From Paludibacteraceae bacterium (GTDB lineage Bacteria; Bacteroidota; Bacteroidia; Bacteroidales; Paludibacteraceae), in NCBI GenBank assembly GCA_045601045.1, contig JAZRZA010000045.1, positions 43,415 to 107,414 on the forward strand: a DNA stretch of 64,000 bases, read 5' to 3'. Below are positions 17,500 to 27,507 of the stretch, piece by piece. The notes below the pieces were generated by a model. That model ran no database searches, was not told the origin of the DNA, and was given only the letters and a program-made list of their open reading frames with translations. How positions within the stretch are numbered: position 1 is the first letter of the stretch; each line of letters starts with the position of its first letter. The position numbers were made by a program, and so were the translations under genes.

Positions 17500-20400
17500 A
17501 TGAAAATGGCTAGGTTCATAGGCTTTTTATGCTTGTGTTTATTCTCGATTTTTAGTTTGGAGGCCGCTCCTGGTGGAGGGCCTGGTGGAGGGCCTGGAGG
17601 TGCTGCTGGTGGCGGAGGTGCTGGCGGTAATGCAGGTTTGATAGGATCAGACTGGGATCCTGTTGATGTGGAGAACGATGAATTGCCATTGAATGATGGT
17701 ATGTTGATCGGTGGTAATTTGGATGGCTGGAACCTCTATACTGGTTTGTACTATCCCAAAGTGGAAGGAGAGGGTGACGATGCGGTTTATAGTTATGTCT
17801 ATACATGGAAAAAGGCAAACGAGGCTGCCGCGAAGAACGATCAACGCATGATGTTGAAGAGTGATTTGGGCCAAACGGACCCCATTATCGCATGTAGTGA
17901 TTTCTATGTGAATCCGGATGATGAGGCGGTTATCCAAGTGGGAAGAAATAACGGTTATGCGGAGGGACGTAGTAAATATTCGGGCGCTTTTGCGGAACGT
18001 ATGCGTTATGCCTTCGTTGTGAATGAGCAAAGCACCTTGTTTACATATAAATATGCTTGCGTGCTCCATGTGCCAACCAATGATAAGCATGAGTCGTATC
18101 AGATGCCGGCTTTCTATGTGGATGTGAAAATCGAATCGCCTGAGGGAAAAGAGGTGACTTTGAACTGTATGTCTTTCTCTGGAAATGCTAGTTTTAACAA
18201 CTCGTTGATACAAAACCCCGCCACGTGTACAGAGGCAAAGGTGGAGAAGGGAAAAAATCAAGGTGACAATCAAAACCCGGAGGATTATGTCTACCAACCG
18301 TGGACGACAGTCAGTTATGATTTGACACAATACATTGGTTATACTGTAACGGTCGATATCATTACCCATGACTGTTTGGTGAACACGACTGCTTTTAAGG
18401 GGTATGATGAAATGGCGGGTAGCCACAAGGCTTATGGATATTTCTGGGGCAAGACGGAGCCTTTGCAATTGATTCCTCGAAATTGTGGAAATGATGATGC
18501 CGTCATCACTGCTCCGAAAGGTTTTGTCACTTACAACTGGTATCGTTGCGATGATCTTATGCCGCTGAAATCAGAGGGAAATGTGGCGATTGTTCCGAAG
18601 GATGAGATCGTGGATGGCGCGCACTATTGTTGTGAGATGATCGGATCTAATTCCGCATGTACGCGAATTGCGACTGATACGATTTTGACCTCCATTGTAT
18701 TGGAACCGAATTTCGATTACAAGGATACTTGTGACATGACGGTGAAATTCTTTGACCGTAGTGTGGTGAAGCGAGATGAAATAAAAACCTATCGGTGGGA
18801 TTTTGGCGATGGATTTTACTCTGCGGAGGCCAATCCAATCCACGAATACCAAGAGGGTGGAGAATACAAGGTGTCGCTTACCGTCATCTCCAATAGGGGG
18901 TGCTCCGCTACTTTTGAAAAAATAGCGAAGGTGAATCCTAAACCATTGTTGACCATCGATGGAGACCAAAGTGTATGTTATGGAGATATGATCGCTTTGT
19001 CGTGTTTGTCGTCCCAGATCGGTAATGAATTCTTTTGGTTGAATCAAGAAGGCGATACAATTTCCAGGGATATTTCGATGTCAGAGAAGGCTGTTACGAG
19101 TCAGACCTACCGTGTGAATATCATCGACCAATTCAGTTGTGTCTACTCGAAAGATGTCTATGTGGCGGTCTCTTCCTCTCCGACTATCTATATCAAAGGT
19201 GATTCATCCGTATGTTATAATACCCCCGCCAAGTTGTGGGTATGGGGAGATGCGGACAATTTTGTATGGAGTTCCGCTCACGTGGGTGACACTTTGCATT
19301 TCACGCCTCAACAATCCACTAGTTATTGTGTGACTGGTACCTATACAAAGAGCGGTTGTAAAACCTCTAAGTGCGTCAATGTGGAGGTCAATCCAGTGCC
19401 GGAGGTCTCGATTACAGGACCAGAACAGATTTGTTCCGGCGATCAGGCTGTATTGTCCGCGTCGGGAGCGGATGAGTATTTTTGGATGAATGTTTACTCC
19501 GGCGATTCTTTGATGGTTGCGCCGACGGCGACTACTACCTATGAAGTTTTGGGAACTGATGCCAATGGATGTTCGGGAACTGCCACATATAAGTTGGCTG
19601 TTGTCGCATCGCCTCGTTTGACGCTCTTTGGTAACCGAGAATTGTGCGATGGTGAACAGTTGAACCTTTGGGTTGAGGGAGCTCAATCCTATCTTTGGGA
19701 CGATGGAACGGAGGGGTCTGTGGTCAATAGAACGCCTGCATTGAATGCCATCTCTTATTGGGTGGAAGGTTATAACGGTGATTGTAAGACCCGATTGGAA
19801 ATACCGATTGTGGTCAATCCTGTGCCGGTGGTAGCTATCTACGGAAAGAACGAAATTTGTGCGGGCGAGAGTGTGAACCTGCATGCGCAGGGCGCGGATT
19901 CCTACGAGTGGAGTACTGGAGAAAGACAAGACTATGTGGACAAAACATTGGTTTCCAGTCAGATTTTCTATGTGAAGGGTACTTCTGCCCAGAATTGCGT
20001 CGCCAGTGCTTCGTATGAGGTGAAGGTACATCCAATGCCATCGTTCAGTGTAGAGGGACCTACGAATGTCTGCGCGGGATCCATTGTCAATATGCGTGCT
20101 TTCTCTGATGAGACGGAGTGCGTCTATCAGTGGAGCAATGGTTTTGTGGGAACCAATTGCGATAGTTACTTAAATGAAACCACTGTTTTCGAAGTAGTGG
20201 GAACCGATACCACTTTTGGTTGTAAGAACAAGCGGGAACTTAAGGTGGAGGTGATTCCGAATCCGCAGTTGGTGGTCACGGGTACGACAACGGTTTGCCG
20301 TGGCGTGGCTGTGAGTCTAGCTGTCTCTGGAGCCTCTTCTTATGAGTGGAGCGATGGATCCACTTCCAGTTCTTTGATTCTGCAGCCATCTTCCAGTTCT

Positions 20401-22128
20401 TCCGTGTGGGTGAAGGGTACGACCGGCGGCTGTTCTGATAGAGTAGAGGTGCCGATCACTGTTTTGCCAGCCCCTTATATCTGGGTGGATGGTAATACTG
20501 TTCTTTGTCAGGATGATTCGTTGAGTTTGGTGGCGCATGGCGCGGATGAATTTGTGTGGAATGCGTTGCAACGAGGCGATACTTATAAGGCAAAACCTAC
20601 CTTCTCCTCTTCTGTTTCGGTTGTTGGAACGAATGAAAACGGTTGCTCTTCCAAGTTAGAGGTGCCGTTCGTTGTGAGTCCTAATCCGGTTGTTTACATT
20701 GAGGGAGCGGATCGGGTATGTGAAAATTCCAGTGTGACGTTGAAGGCGAAGGGTGACGATTTGGTGCAGTTTATTTGGAGTACGGGCGAGTCTGACTCCA
20801 CCATTACGGAACCAGTCTCAGGAGAACGCGTCTTTGAGGTGAAGGCATGGAACTCGCATGGATGTTCCAATACCGCGAAGCGTACCGTTCATACGGTGAT
20901 GCCTCCCGTTATCTCCTATACGGGAGAGACCAATGTTTGCCGAGGCGAGAGTATTGTGTTGTTGGCTGCGGGCGCCTCTAACTATACCTGGTCGGAGAGT
21001 AGCGCCATTATACGGGAAGGAGACCGATTGGTGTATGCACCGGAGAATAATTCGTTGATCACTTTGGTAGGATCCGAGGGGGATTGTTTCTCTTCAATGG
21101 ATATCTATGTGACGGTGAGTCCTATGCCGACTTTGAATGTGGTTGGTGAGGCGAAAGTGTGTAGAAATCAGAGTTTTACATTGACGGCGACGGGTGCGGA
21201 TCTCTATGAATGGTCGACGGGTGACACGACCGCGTCGGTTTCTTATTCTTTGTCAACACCGACGACTTATATGGTCAAGGGAAAATTAATTGATGGATGT
21301 TATGCAAAAAAATCGATTAAAGTAGAAGTTTATCCAGATTTAAATGTATCTTTGAAGGAAGTTCGTAAGAAGGGCTGTCCGGGTGATCCAACCGAAGTGG
21401 TGATGGAGGCACAGGGCGCTTCCTATTATGTTTGGGGTAGTGAGCCTTATAACTTAACTATCTCAGGCACATCTTCTTATGAATTGGACGCTTTGATCGA
21501 AGAGCCTACGATGGTGTATGTTGTTGGCACGGATGAGAACGGATGTCAAAGCAAGGATTCAATGTGGATTAAGCCTAAAGACCACAATGAAATGACATTC
21601 CAAATCCTTCCTGCTGTCATCGAGAAGGATGATCCGACGGTTCATTTCCGTGGATTCTATCCAAAAAATACCAAATGGTCTTGGGATCCAGGAGATGGAT
21701 CGGATGTCCTTGAGGGCGAGGATGTGGTCCATGCTTATAGCGACGTTGACATCGCTACAGAGGATTCTATTAGGGTCTTTATGCGTGCCCTTACGGAAGA
21801 TGGGTGTGTCTATCAACATTCCACTTATGTCTATGTTTGGAAGGATTTTTGGGCCCCAAACATGTTTACTCCGAATGGTGATGGTCTTAATGATGAATTT
21901 CGCTTTTTAGGAGGCGAGCATATTGAAAACTTCCATTTTATTATCTATAATAGATTGGGACAAACAGTTTTCGAGGGTAATAGCGTTGAAGATAAGTGGG
22001 ATGGAAACGATTTGAATGGCCATCCTTGTCCGATAGAGATCTATGGTTGGACGGTGGATTACCGCAGCAACTACAAGGGTATCGATAAAAGCGGCAAGAA
22101 AAGAGGTTATGTATCAATTCTTAAATAG
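17500..22128 (+). CDS. giant T9SS type-B cargo / adhesin-like protein. Domain order is Gly-rich N-terminus, unknown Cys-rich head, PKD, 12 Ig-like repeats, second PKD-like domain, gliding-associated C-terminal domain.
   Basis: 1542 aa. Signal peptide FLCLCLFSIFSLEA. PKD signature YRWDFGDG...H.Y..GGEYKVSLTV. Twelve repeats of ~73 aa each carry G...VC.G....L.A.GA..Y.W and a second Cys. The C-terminus APNMFTPNGDGLNDEF...FIIYNRLGQTVFEG...WDGND..G matches the type B (gliding motility-associated) CTD. Confidence 0.9.
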   Translation: MKMARFIGFLCLCLFSIFSLEAAPGGGPGGGPGGAAGGGGAGGNAGLIGSDWDPVDVENDELPLNDGMLIGGNLDGWNLYTGLYYPKVEGEGDDAVYSYVYTWKKANEAAAKNDQRMMLKSDLGQTDPIIACSDFYVNPDDEAVIQVGRNNGYAEGRSKYSGAFAERMRYAFVVNEQSTLFTYKYACVLHVPTNDKHESYQMPAFYVDVKIESPEGKEVTLNCMSFSGNASFNNSLIQNPATCTEAKVEKGKNQGDNQNPEDYVYQPWTTVSYDLTQYIGYTVTVDIITHDCLVNTTAFKGYDEMAGSHKAYGYFWGKTEPLQLIPRNCGNDDAVITAPKGFVTYNWYRCDDLMPLKSEGNVAIVPKDEIVDGAHYCCEMIGSNSACTRIATDTILTSIVLEPNFDYKDTCDMTVKFFDRSVVKRDEIKTYRWDFGDGFYSAEANPIHEYQEGGEYKVSLTVISNRGCSATFEKIAKVNPKPLLTIDGDQSVCYGDMIALSCLSSQIGNEFFWLNQEGDTISRDISMSEKAVTSQTYRVNIIDQFSCVYSKDVYVAVSSSPTIYIKGDSSVCYNTPAKLWVWGDADNFVWSSAHVGDTLHFTPQQSTSYCVTGTYTKSGCKTSKCVNVEVNPVPEVSITGPEQICSGDQAVLSASGADEYFWMNVYSGDSLMVAPTATTTYEVLGTDANGCSGTATYKLAVVASPRLTLFGNRELCDGEQLNLWVEGAQSYLWDDGTEGSVVNRTPALNAISYWVEGYNGDCKTRLEIPIVVNPVPVVAIYGKNEICAGESVNLHAQGADSYEWSTGERQDYVDKTLVSSQIFYVKGTSAQNCVASASYEVKVHPMPSFSVEGPTNVCAGSIVNMRAFSDETECVYQWSNGFVGTNCDSYLNETTVFEVVGTDTTFGCKNKRELKVEVIPNPQLVVTGTTTVCRGVAVSLAVSGASSYEWSDGSTSSSLILQPSSSSSVWVKGTTGGCSDRVEVPITVLPAPYIWVDGNTVLCQDDSLSLVAHGADEFVWNALQRGDTYKAKPTFSSSVSVVGTNENGCSSKLEVPFVVSPNPVVYIEGADRVCENSSVTLKAKGDDLVQFIWSTGESDSTITEPVSGERVFEVKAWNSHGCSNTAKRTVHTVMPPVISYTGETNVCRGESIVLLAAGASNYTWSESSAIIREGDRLVYAPENNSLITLVGSEGDCFSSMDIYVTVSPMPTLNVVGEAKVCRNQSFTLTATGADLYEWSTGDTTASVSYSLSTPTTYMVKGKLIDGCYAKKSIKVEVYPDLNVSLKEVRKKGCPGDPTEVVMEAQGASYYVWGSEPYNLTISGTSSYELDALIEEPTMVYVVGTDENGCQSKDSMWIKPKDHNEMTFQILPAVIEKDDPTVHFRGFYPKNTKWSWDPGDGSDVLEGEDVVHAYSDVDIATEDSIRVFMRALTEDGCVYQHSTYVYVWKDFWAPNMFTPNGDGLNDEFRFLGGEHIENFHFIIYNRLGQTVFEGNSVEDKWDGNDLNGHPCPIEIYGWTVDYRSNYKGIDKSGKKRGYVSILK
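17569..17592 (+). repeat. perfect 2x tandem 12-bp repeat (CCTGGTGGAGGG) within a Gly-rich coding tract
   Basis: CCTGGTGGAGGG occurs twice and is followed by a degenerate third copy, CCTGGAGGTGCT. The tract encodes APGGGPGGGPGGAAGGGGAGGNAG immediately after the signal peptide. Confidence 0.85.
18937..21576 (+). repeat. 12 tandem, diverged ~220-nt (~73-aa) coding repeats (two-Cys Ig-like modules) inside the adhesin gene
   Basis: Each unit starts with P.P....G and contains VC.G (or C.G) then GA..Y.W, and ends with GC........V.V. Units were delineated by hand from the translation (aa ~480-1359). Confidence 0.8.
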
Positions 22129-22134
22129 AATATA

Positions 22135-23115
22135 ATGAAGAAATTTTGTATTGGCATACTATTGGCAATTTGTTCGTTCACAAGTGCTTGGGCCCAGGAT
22201 TATTCCTTCTCCAACCACAACAATGTGCCATTTAGTTTAAACCCTTCCTTGGTGGGAGGCGCGAATGCGATTCGTTTCGGCTTGAATTATCGTCAACAGT
22301 GGCCCGCTTTGGGCAATAAATACCATACAGTTCGTTTCTCTTACGACCAAAACTTCTACAAGCAGATGTGCTCTGTCGGTTTTGCCTATTCGTATGATAA
22401 TATGGCGGCTGGTACTTACCAAGTGAACGATTTCGATTTGATTTATTCCCATACGATCCGTACCACAGAGGGTCAATTTGTCCGTTTGGGTGTGCAAGCA
22501 TCTATATATGCCAATTTCATGGGTGGTAATTTGGTCTTTGAGGATCAGTACAACCCTTATTATAGAGAGGTGTCTAATGAGACATTGGAGAATTTGGAAC
22601 ACGATTCGCGCGTATTCCCCGATTTCTCCGCAGGTGCCTCCTATGTCATTGAGAATAAATTGACGGTAGGTGCTTCCGTTTATCACATCGGTGAGCCTAA
22701 GAATGGTTTCTTGGATAAACCCGATAACCAATTGCAACGTAAGTTTGTGGCCCATGTCACTTATTTCCATGACCTTCAATACAAAAATGGTTTGTTCAGC
22801 CGCGATGACCTTTCCAGCAACTATTTGTTCACTACTGTGAATTTCCAAAAACAGGATGTGTTTAAAAGCTTGTATGTGAGTGTCTGCGCGTTGATCAGTC
22901 CGATGTTGATCGGAGCCTCATACCGCACCGATTTGGATGGTATCCATACCCCTTCCGTGACTGCCGGTGTCCAATTCGGCAGTTTCCAGGCCAACTATGT
23001 ATATGATATCTTCACCTCCCGCAAGAAGAAGAATGGTTCATGGTCGCATGAGTTGAACTTGATCTATGTGATCCGCGTGAAGGAGAAATATCCTTGTCCG
23101 GTTGTATACTGGTAA
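22135..23115 (+). CDS. PorP/SprF-family type IX secretion system membrane protein
   Basis: 326 aa. Signal peptide then QDYSFSNHNNVPFSLNPSLVGG, matching the PorP/SprF N-terminal signature QD..FSQ....NPA. Beta-barrel-like alternation runs to the C-terminus. It starts 7 nt after the type-B cargo gene. Confidence 0.85.
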   Translation: MKKFCIGILLAICSFTSAWAQDYSFSNHNNVPFSLNPSLVGGANAIRFGLNYRQQWPALGNKYHTVRFSYDQNFYKQMCSVGFAYSYDNMAAGTYQVNDFDLIYSHTIRTTEGQFVRLGVQASIYANFMGGNLVFEDQYNPYYREVSNETLENLEHDSRVFPDFSAGASYVIENKLTVGASVYHIGEPKNGFLDKPDNQLQRKFVAHVTYFHDLQYKNGLFSRDDLSSNYLFTTVNFQKQDVFKSLYVSVCALISPMLIGASYRTDLDGIHTPSVTAGVQFGSFQANYVYDIFTSRKKKNGSWSHELNLIYVIRVKEKYPCPVVYW

Positions 23116-23161
23116 TAATTTATGGGTTAGGGTAGGTGAGTTACCTTCTCCAAAGCATATA

Positions 23162-23198
23162 GCGATCCGTGGCTTAGCCTTCGGATCGCTTTTTTTTT
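23162..23198 (+). terminator. rho-independent terminator after the adhesin/PorP pair
   Basis: GCGATCCG-N12-CGGATCGC followed by T9. Confidence 0.8.
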
Positions 23199-23316
23199 GC
23201 GCGCTTTGGACGTTGAGTTTTCCGCCTCCGCTATTTCTTGACTTCAAAATGTAACTCCTTGACTATTATTTTACATTTCTTAATTTATAAAACGTGTTTT
23301 CTATCACCTTTTTTTG

Positions 23317-23324
23317 TACCTTTG
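23317..23324 (+). promoter_or_regulatory. candidate -7 element (TAccTTTG) for lysS
   Basis: Exact TAnnTTTG match 32 nt upstream of the lysS ATG. Confidence 0.4.
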
Positions 23325-23355
23325 CCACATTGGATAATTATAAGAAAATAGACTG

Positions 23356-25080
23356 ATGAGCTTATTGGATTTGAGTGAACAGGAGATTCTTAGGCGAGAA
23401 AGCCTTAAGGAGTTGCGAGCAATGGGAATTGACCCTTATCCTGCCGCAGAGTATGTAGTAACGGATTATTCCACAAATATAAAGAGCGAGTTCTCTGACG
23501 ACGCGCCTCGTAAAGAGGTCTCTATCGCCGGCCGTATCATGAGCCGCCGTATCATGGGTAAAGCCTCTTTCATGGAGTTGCAAGATAGCAAGGGACGTGT
23601 ACAGGTTTACATTTCCCGCGATGACTTGTGTCCTGACGAGAACAAAGATATGTACAATGTCGTATTCAAGAAATTGCTTGACATCGGTGACTTTGTGGGA
23701 ATCAAGGGTTATGTATTCCGCACCCAAATGGGAGAGATTTCTGTCCATGCGGCTGAAATCACCGTTTTGAGTAAGTCTTTGCGTCCGTTGCCGATCGTTA
23801 AGTACAAGGATGGTGTGGCATACGACTCATTCGACGATCCAGAGCTCCGTTACCGCCAACGTTATGTGGACTTGGTGGTGAACGAGGGTGTGAAGGAGAC
23901 ATTCCTAAAGCGTGCTACCATTGTACGTACGCTTCGCAATATATTGGATAACGCGGGTTATACCGAGGTGGATACGCCTATTCTTCAAAGTATCGCGGGT
24001 GGTGCGTCGGCTCGCCCATTCATTACCCACTTCAATGCCCTAAACCAAGATATGTATATGCGTATCGCGACAGAGCTCTACTTGAAGCGTCTGATCGTCG
24101 GTGGTTTCGAGGGCGTTTACGAGATGGGTAAGAACTTCCGTAACGAGGGTATGGATAAGACCCACAACCCTGAGTTCACCTGTATGGAGCTCTACGTCTC
24201 TTATAAGGATTTGAACTGGGGTATGGATTTCACCGAGAAGATGTTGGAGCAGATTTGTATCGCCGCCAATGGCAAGCCTGAGGTGGAGATCGACGGTAAG
24301 ATCATCTCTTTCAAGGCTCCATTCCGCCGCCTTCCAATCCTTGACGCGATCAAGGAGAAGACCGGTTACGACCTATATCCGATGAGTGAGGAGGAGATCC
24401 GCGAGACTGCCAAGAAACTTGGTATCGAGGTGGATGAGACCATGGGTAAGGGTAAATTGATCGACGAGATCTTCGGCGAGACCTGCGAGGGTGACTTTAT
24501 CCAACCAACCTTCATTTGCGACTATCCAGTGGAGATGTCTCCGCTTACTAAAATGCACCGTTCTAAGCCGGGCTTGACCGAGCGTTTCGAGTTGATGGTC
24601 AACGGTAAGGAGCTAGCGAACGCCTATTCGGAGCTTAACGATCCAATCGATCAGGAGCAACGTTTCATCGATCAGATGAAGCTCGCCGACAAGGGAGATG
24701 ACGAGGCGATGATCATCGACCACGACTTCCTCCGCGCGCTTCAATATGGTATGCCGCCAACATTCGGTATTGGTATCGGTATCGACCGTTTGGTGATGTT
24801 GATGACTGGTAAGTTCATGATTGGTGAGGTGATGTTGTTCCCTCAGATGAAGCCGGAGGTTTCTCAGTCTAAGGACGCTAAATCAAAATATGTGGCGCTC
24901 GGTATTCCAGAGGCTTGGGTTGAGGTGATCCAAAAGGCTGGCTTCTTGACGGTTGAGAGCTTGAAGGATTGTAATCCGAACAAGTTGCACCAGGATATTT
25001 GTGGATTGAACAAGAAATACAAACTTGATTTGGTTAATCCTACCCGTGAAGAGGTTGCGGAGTGGGTCAGCAAAATCTAA
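23356..25080 (+). CDS. lysS: lysine--tRNA ligase (class II) with a C-terminal ~75-aa extension
   Basis: 574 aa. OB-fold N-domain (VSIAGRIMSRRIMGKASFMELQD..G..Q). Class II motifs FRNEG, ELNDP and GIGIGIDRLVMLM. The core ends near LFPQMKPE and extra sequence follows. Confidence 0.95.
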   Translation: MSLLDLSEQEILRRESLKELRAMGIDPYPAAEYVVTDYSTNIKSEFSDDAPRKEVSIAGRIMSRRIMGKASFMELQDSKGRVQVYISRDDLCPDENKDMYNVVFKKLLDIGDFVGIKGYVFRTQMGEISVHAAEITVLSKSLRPLPIVKYKDGVAYDSFDDPELRYRQRYVDLVVNEGVKETFLKRATIVRTLRNILDNAGYTEVDTPILQSIAGGASARPFITHFNALNQDMYMRIATELYLKRLIVGGFEGVYEMGKNFRNEGMDKTHNPEFTCMELYVSYKDLNWGMDFTEKMLEQICIAANGKPEVEIDGKIISFKAPFRRLPILDAIKEKTGYDLYPMSEEEIRETAKKLGIEVDETMGKGKLIDEIFGETCEGDFIQPTFICDYPVEMSPLTKMHRSKPGLTERFELMVNGKELANAYSELNDPIDQEQRFIDQMKLADKGDDEAMIIDHDFLRALQYGMPPTFGIGIGIDRLVMLMTGKFMIGEVMLFPQMKPEVSQSKDAKSKYVALGIPEAWVEVIQKAGFLTVESLKDCNPNKLHQDICGLNKKYKLDLVNPTREEVAEWVSKI

Positions 25081-25083
25081 TAT

Positions 25084-26085
25084 ATGGAGGCTAAAGAACC
25101 AAAAGTCGCTATTATGGGCGGTGGTAGCTGGGCGACCGCTATCGCTAAGATCTGTATGGCGAATAGGGATCGTCGGATCAATTGGTACATGCGTAGGCAG
25201 GATCAGATCGACGATTTCAAAGAGATGGGACACAATCCCTCATATCTTTCCATGGCTCAGTTTGATGTCGATAGGATTGATTTCTCCAGCAACATCAATG
25301 AGGTGGTGAAGCGTTCGGATATTCTGATTTTCGCTACGCCTTCGCCCTTCTTGAAATTGCATCTGAAGAAGCTTCGTGCCTCTTTAAAGAGTAAGATCGT
25401 CGTATCCGCGATCAAGGGTATCGTGCCGGATGAGAATTTGACTGTGTCGGAATATTTTAATCAGATCTACAATGTGCCATTGGAGAATCTATTGGTGATC
25501 TCCGGTCCTTCGCATGCGGAGGAGGTGGCGATGGATCGTCTTTCCTATTTGACCATTGGTGGCGTCTCTCGAGACAATGCTAAGTTGTTGGCTAATATGT
25601 TGCTATGCAACTATGTAAAGACCTCCACCGTGGATGATGTGATCGGTTTGGAGTATGCTTCCGTCTTGAAGAATGTCTATGCGATCGCTTCCGGTATATG
25701 CCATGGTTTGAAATATGGTGATAATTTCCAAGCGGTATTGATTTCCAACGCGATTCAGGAGATGCATCGTTTCTTGAACATCGTGAATGAAAAGCAGCGA
25801 AATATTGCGGAATCCGCCTATTTGGGCGACTTGCTGGTAACCAGTTATTCCAAGTTCAGTCGAAACAGGACCTTTGGTACGATGATTGGAAAGGGATATT
25901 CCGTCAAGACCGCGCAGGTGGAGATGGAGATGATCGCCGAAGGATATTATGGTACTAAGTGTATTCATGAGATCAATAAAATGTTCCAGGTGAATATGCC
26001 GATCATGGATTCTGTATACAATATTTTGTATGGCAAAATTTCTCCGGCCATCGAAATCAAGGTGTTGACGGGATTACTCCGTTAA
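25084..26085 (+). CDS. gpsA: NAD(P)H-dependent glycerol-3-phosphate dehydrogenase
   Basis: 333 aa. Rossmann start VAIMGGGSWATAIA, plus SGPSHAEEV and GDLLVTSYS..SRNR..G motifs. Confidence 0.92.
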   Translation: MEAKEPKVAIMGGGSWATAIAKICMANRDRRINWYMRRQDQIDDFKEMGHNPSYLSMAQFDVDRIDFSSNINEVVKRSDILIFATPSPFLKLHLKKLRASLKSKIVVSAIKGIVPDENLTVSEYFNQIYNVPLENLLVISGPSHAEEVAMDRLSYLTIGGVSRDNAKLLANMLLCNYVKTSTVDDVIGLEYASVLKNVYAIASGICHGLKYGDNFQAVLISNAIQEMHRFLNIVNEKQRNIAESAYLGDLLVTSYSKFSRNRTFGTMIGKGYSVKTAQVEMEMIAEGYYGTKCIHEINKMFQVNMPIMDSVYNILYGKISPAIEIKVLTGLLR

Positions 26086-26133
26086 TTGGTTAGTGAATAA
26101 CAATTATATACAATATAAAGTAGAATATTAAAA

Positions 26134-27495
26134 ATGGAAAACATTAAGTTGAACATTGAGAACGCCTTCGCTTGCGAGGGTTTGTATATCTCAAAGCCAT
26201 GTGTCAATGCTTACGAGGCTAAAGTAAAAGAGTGTCAAGAGATGTTGCACTTCGGTAAAGGTAAGGGTAACGATTTCTTGGGTTGGTTGACATTGCCATC
26301 TTCTATCGATGACAACTTCATGGACAAGATCATCGCTACCGCTGATCGTTTGAGAAAGTCTTGCGATGTAGTGGTTGTCGCTGGTATCGGTGGTTCATAC
26401 TTGGGCGCTCGTGCTGTCATTGAGGCCTTGTCAAACTCATTCGCCGCTTACTCAAAGAGCAAGGTGAACCCTGCTATCGTATATGCTGGTAACAACATCA
26501 GCGAGGATTACTTGGCAGAGTTGTCTTCTTTCTTGAAGAGAAAACAATTCGGTATCATCAACATCTCTAAATCAGGTACTACTACCGAGACTGCTTTGGC
26601 ATTCCGTATCTTGAAGACTCAATTGGAGGAGCAAGTAGGTAAGGCAGAGGCAAAGAACCGTATTGTTGCCGTAACTGACGCTGCGAAGGGCGCATTGCGT
26701 ACTTTGGCTACTCAAGAGGGTTATGAGACTTATGTAATTCCTGATAATGTAGGTGGACGTTTCTCTGTCCTCACTCCAGTAGGATTGTTGCCAATCGCTG
26801 TGGCTGGTTTCGATATCAAGAAGTTGGTCGCTGGTGCGAAGAAGATGCAAGAGATGTGTAACATCGATGTTCCTTTCTCAAAGAACCCTGCTGCTCAATA
26901 CGCTGCTGTTCGTAACGAATTGTACCAAAAGGGTAAGAAGATCGAGATCTTGGTGAACTACCATCCTAAATTGCACTTTATCGGTGAGTGGTGGAAGCAA
27001 TTGTACGGAGAGTCTGAGGGTAAGGATTTGAAGGGTATTTTCCCTGCTGCAGTTGACTTCTCAACTGACCTTCACTCAATGGGTCAATGGATCCAAGAGG
27101 GTGAGCGTACTATCTTCGAGACTGTTATCTCTATCAAGAGAGCTAACAAGAAGGTGGTTGTTCCTTCTGACAAGGAGAACTTGGACGGTTTGAACTTCTT
27201 GGCTGGAAAGCGTGTTGACGAGGTGAACAAGATGGCTGAGTTGGGCGTTGTATTGGCTCACGTGGATGGTCAAGTTCCTAACTTGCACATCGATCTTCCA
27301 TCTTTGAACGAGTACTACATCGGTCAATTGTTCTACTTCTTCGAGAAGGCTTGTGGTATCAGCGGATACTTGCTTGGTGTGAACCCATTCAACCAACCAG
27401 GTGTTGAGGCTTACAAGAAGAACATGTTCGCATTGCTCGGCAAGCCAGGTTACGAGGAGGCTACCAAGGCAATTCAAGCAAGATTGAACAAATAA
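26134..27495 (+). CDS. pgi: glucose-6-phosphate isomerase
   Basis: 453 aa. Motifs [35 protein letters not shown] and [12 protein letters not shown] (PGI signatures). Confidence 0.95.
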   Translation: MENIKLNIENAFACEGLYISKPCVNAYEAKVKECQEMLHFGKGKGNDFLGWLTLPSSIDDNFMDKIIATADRLRKSCDVVVVAGIGGSYLGARAVIEALSNSFAAYSKSKVNPAIVYAGNNISEDYLAELSSFLKRKQFGIINISKSGTTTETALAFRILKTQLEEQVGKAEAKNRIVAVTDAAKGALRTLATQEGYETYVIPDNVGGRFSVLTPVGLLPIAVAGFDIKKLVAGAKKMQEMCNIDVPFSKNPAAQYAAVRNELYQKGKKIEILVNYHPKLHFIGEWWKQLYGESEGKDLKGIFPAAVDFSTDLHSMGQWIQEGERTIFETVISIKRANKKVVVPSDKENLDGLNFLAGKRVDEVNKMAELGVVLAHVDGQVPNLHIDLPSLNEYYIGQLFYFFEKACGISGYLLGVNPFNQPGVEAYKKNMFALLGKPGYEEATKAIQARLNK

Positions 27496-27507
27496 TCATC
27501 AATAACC

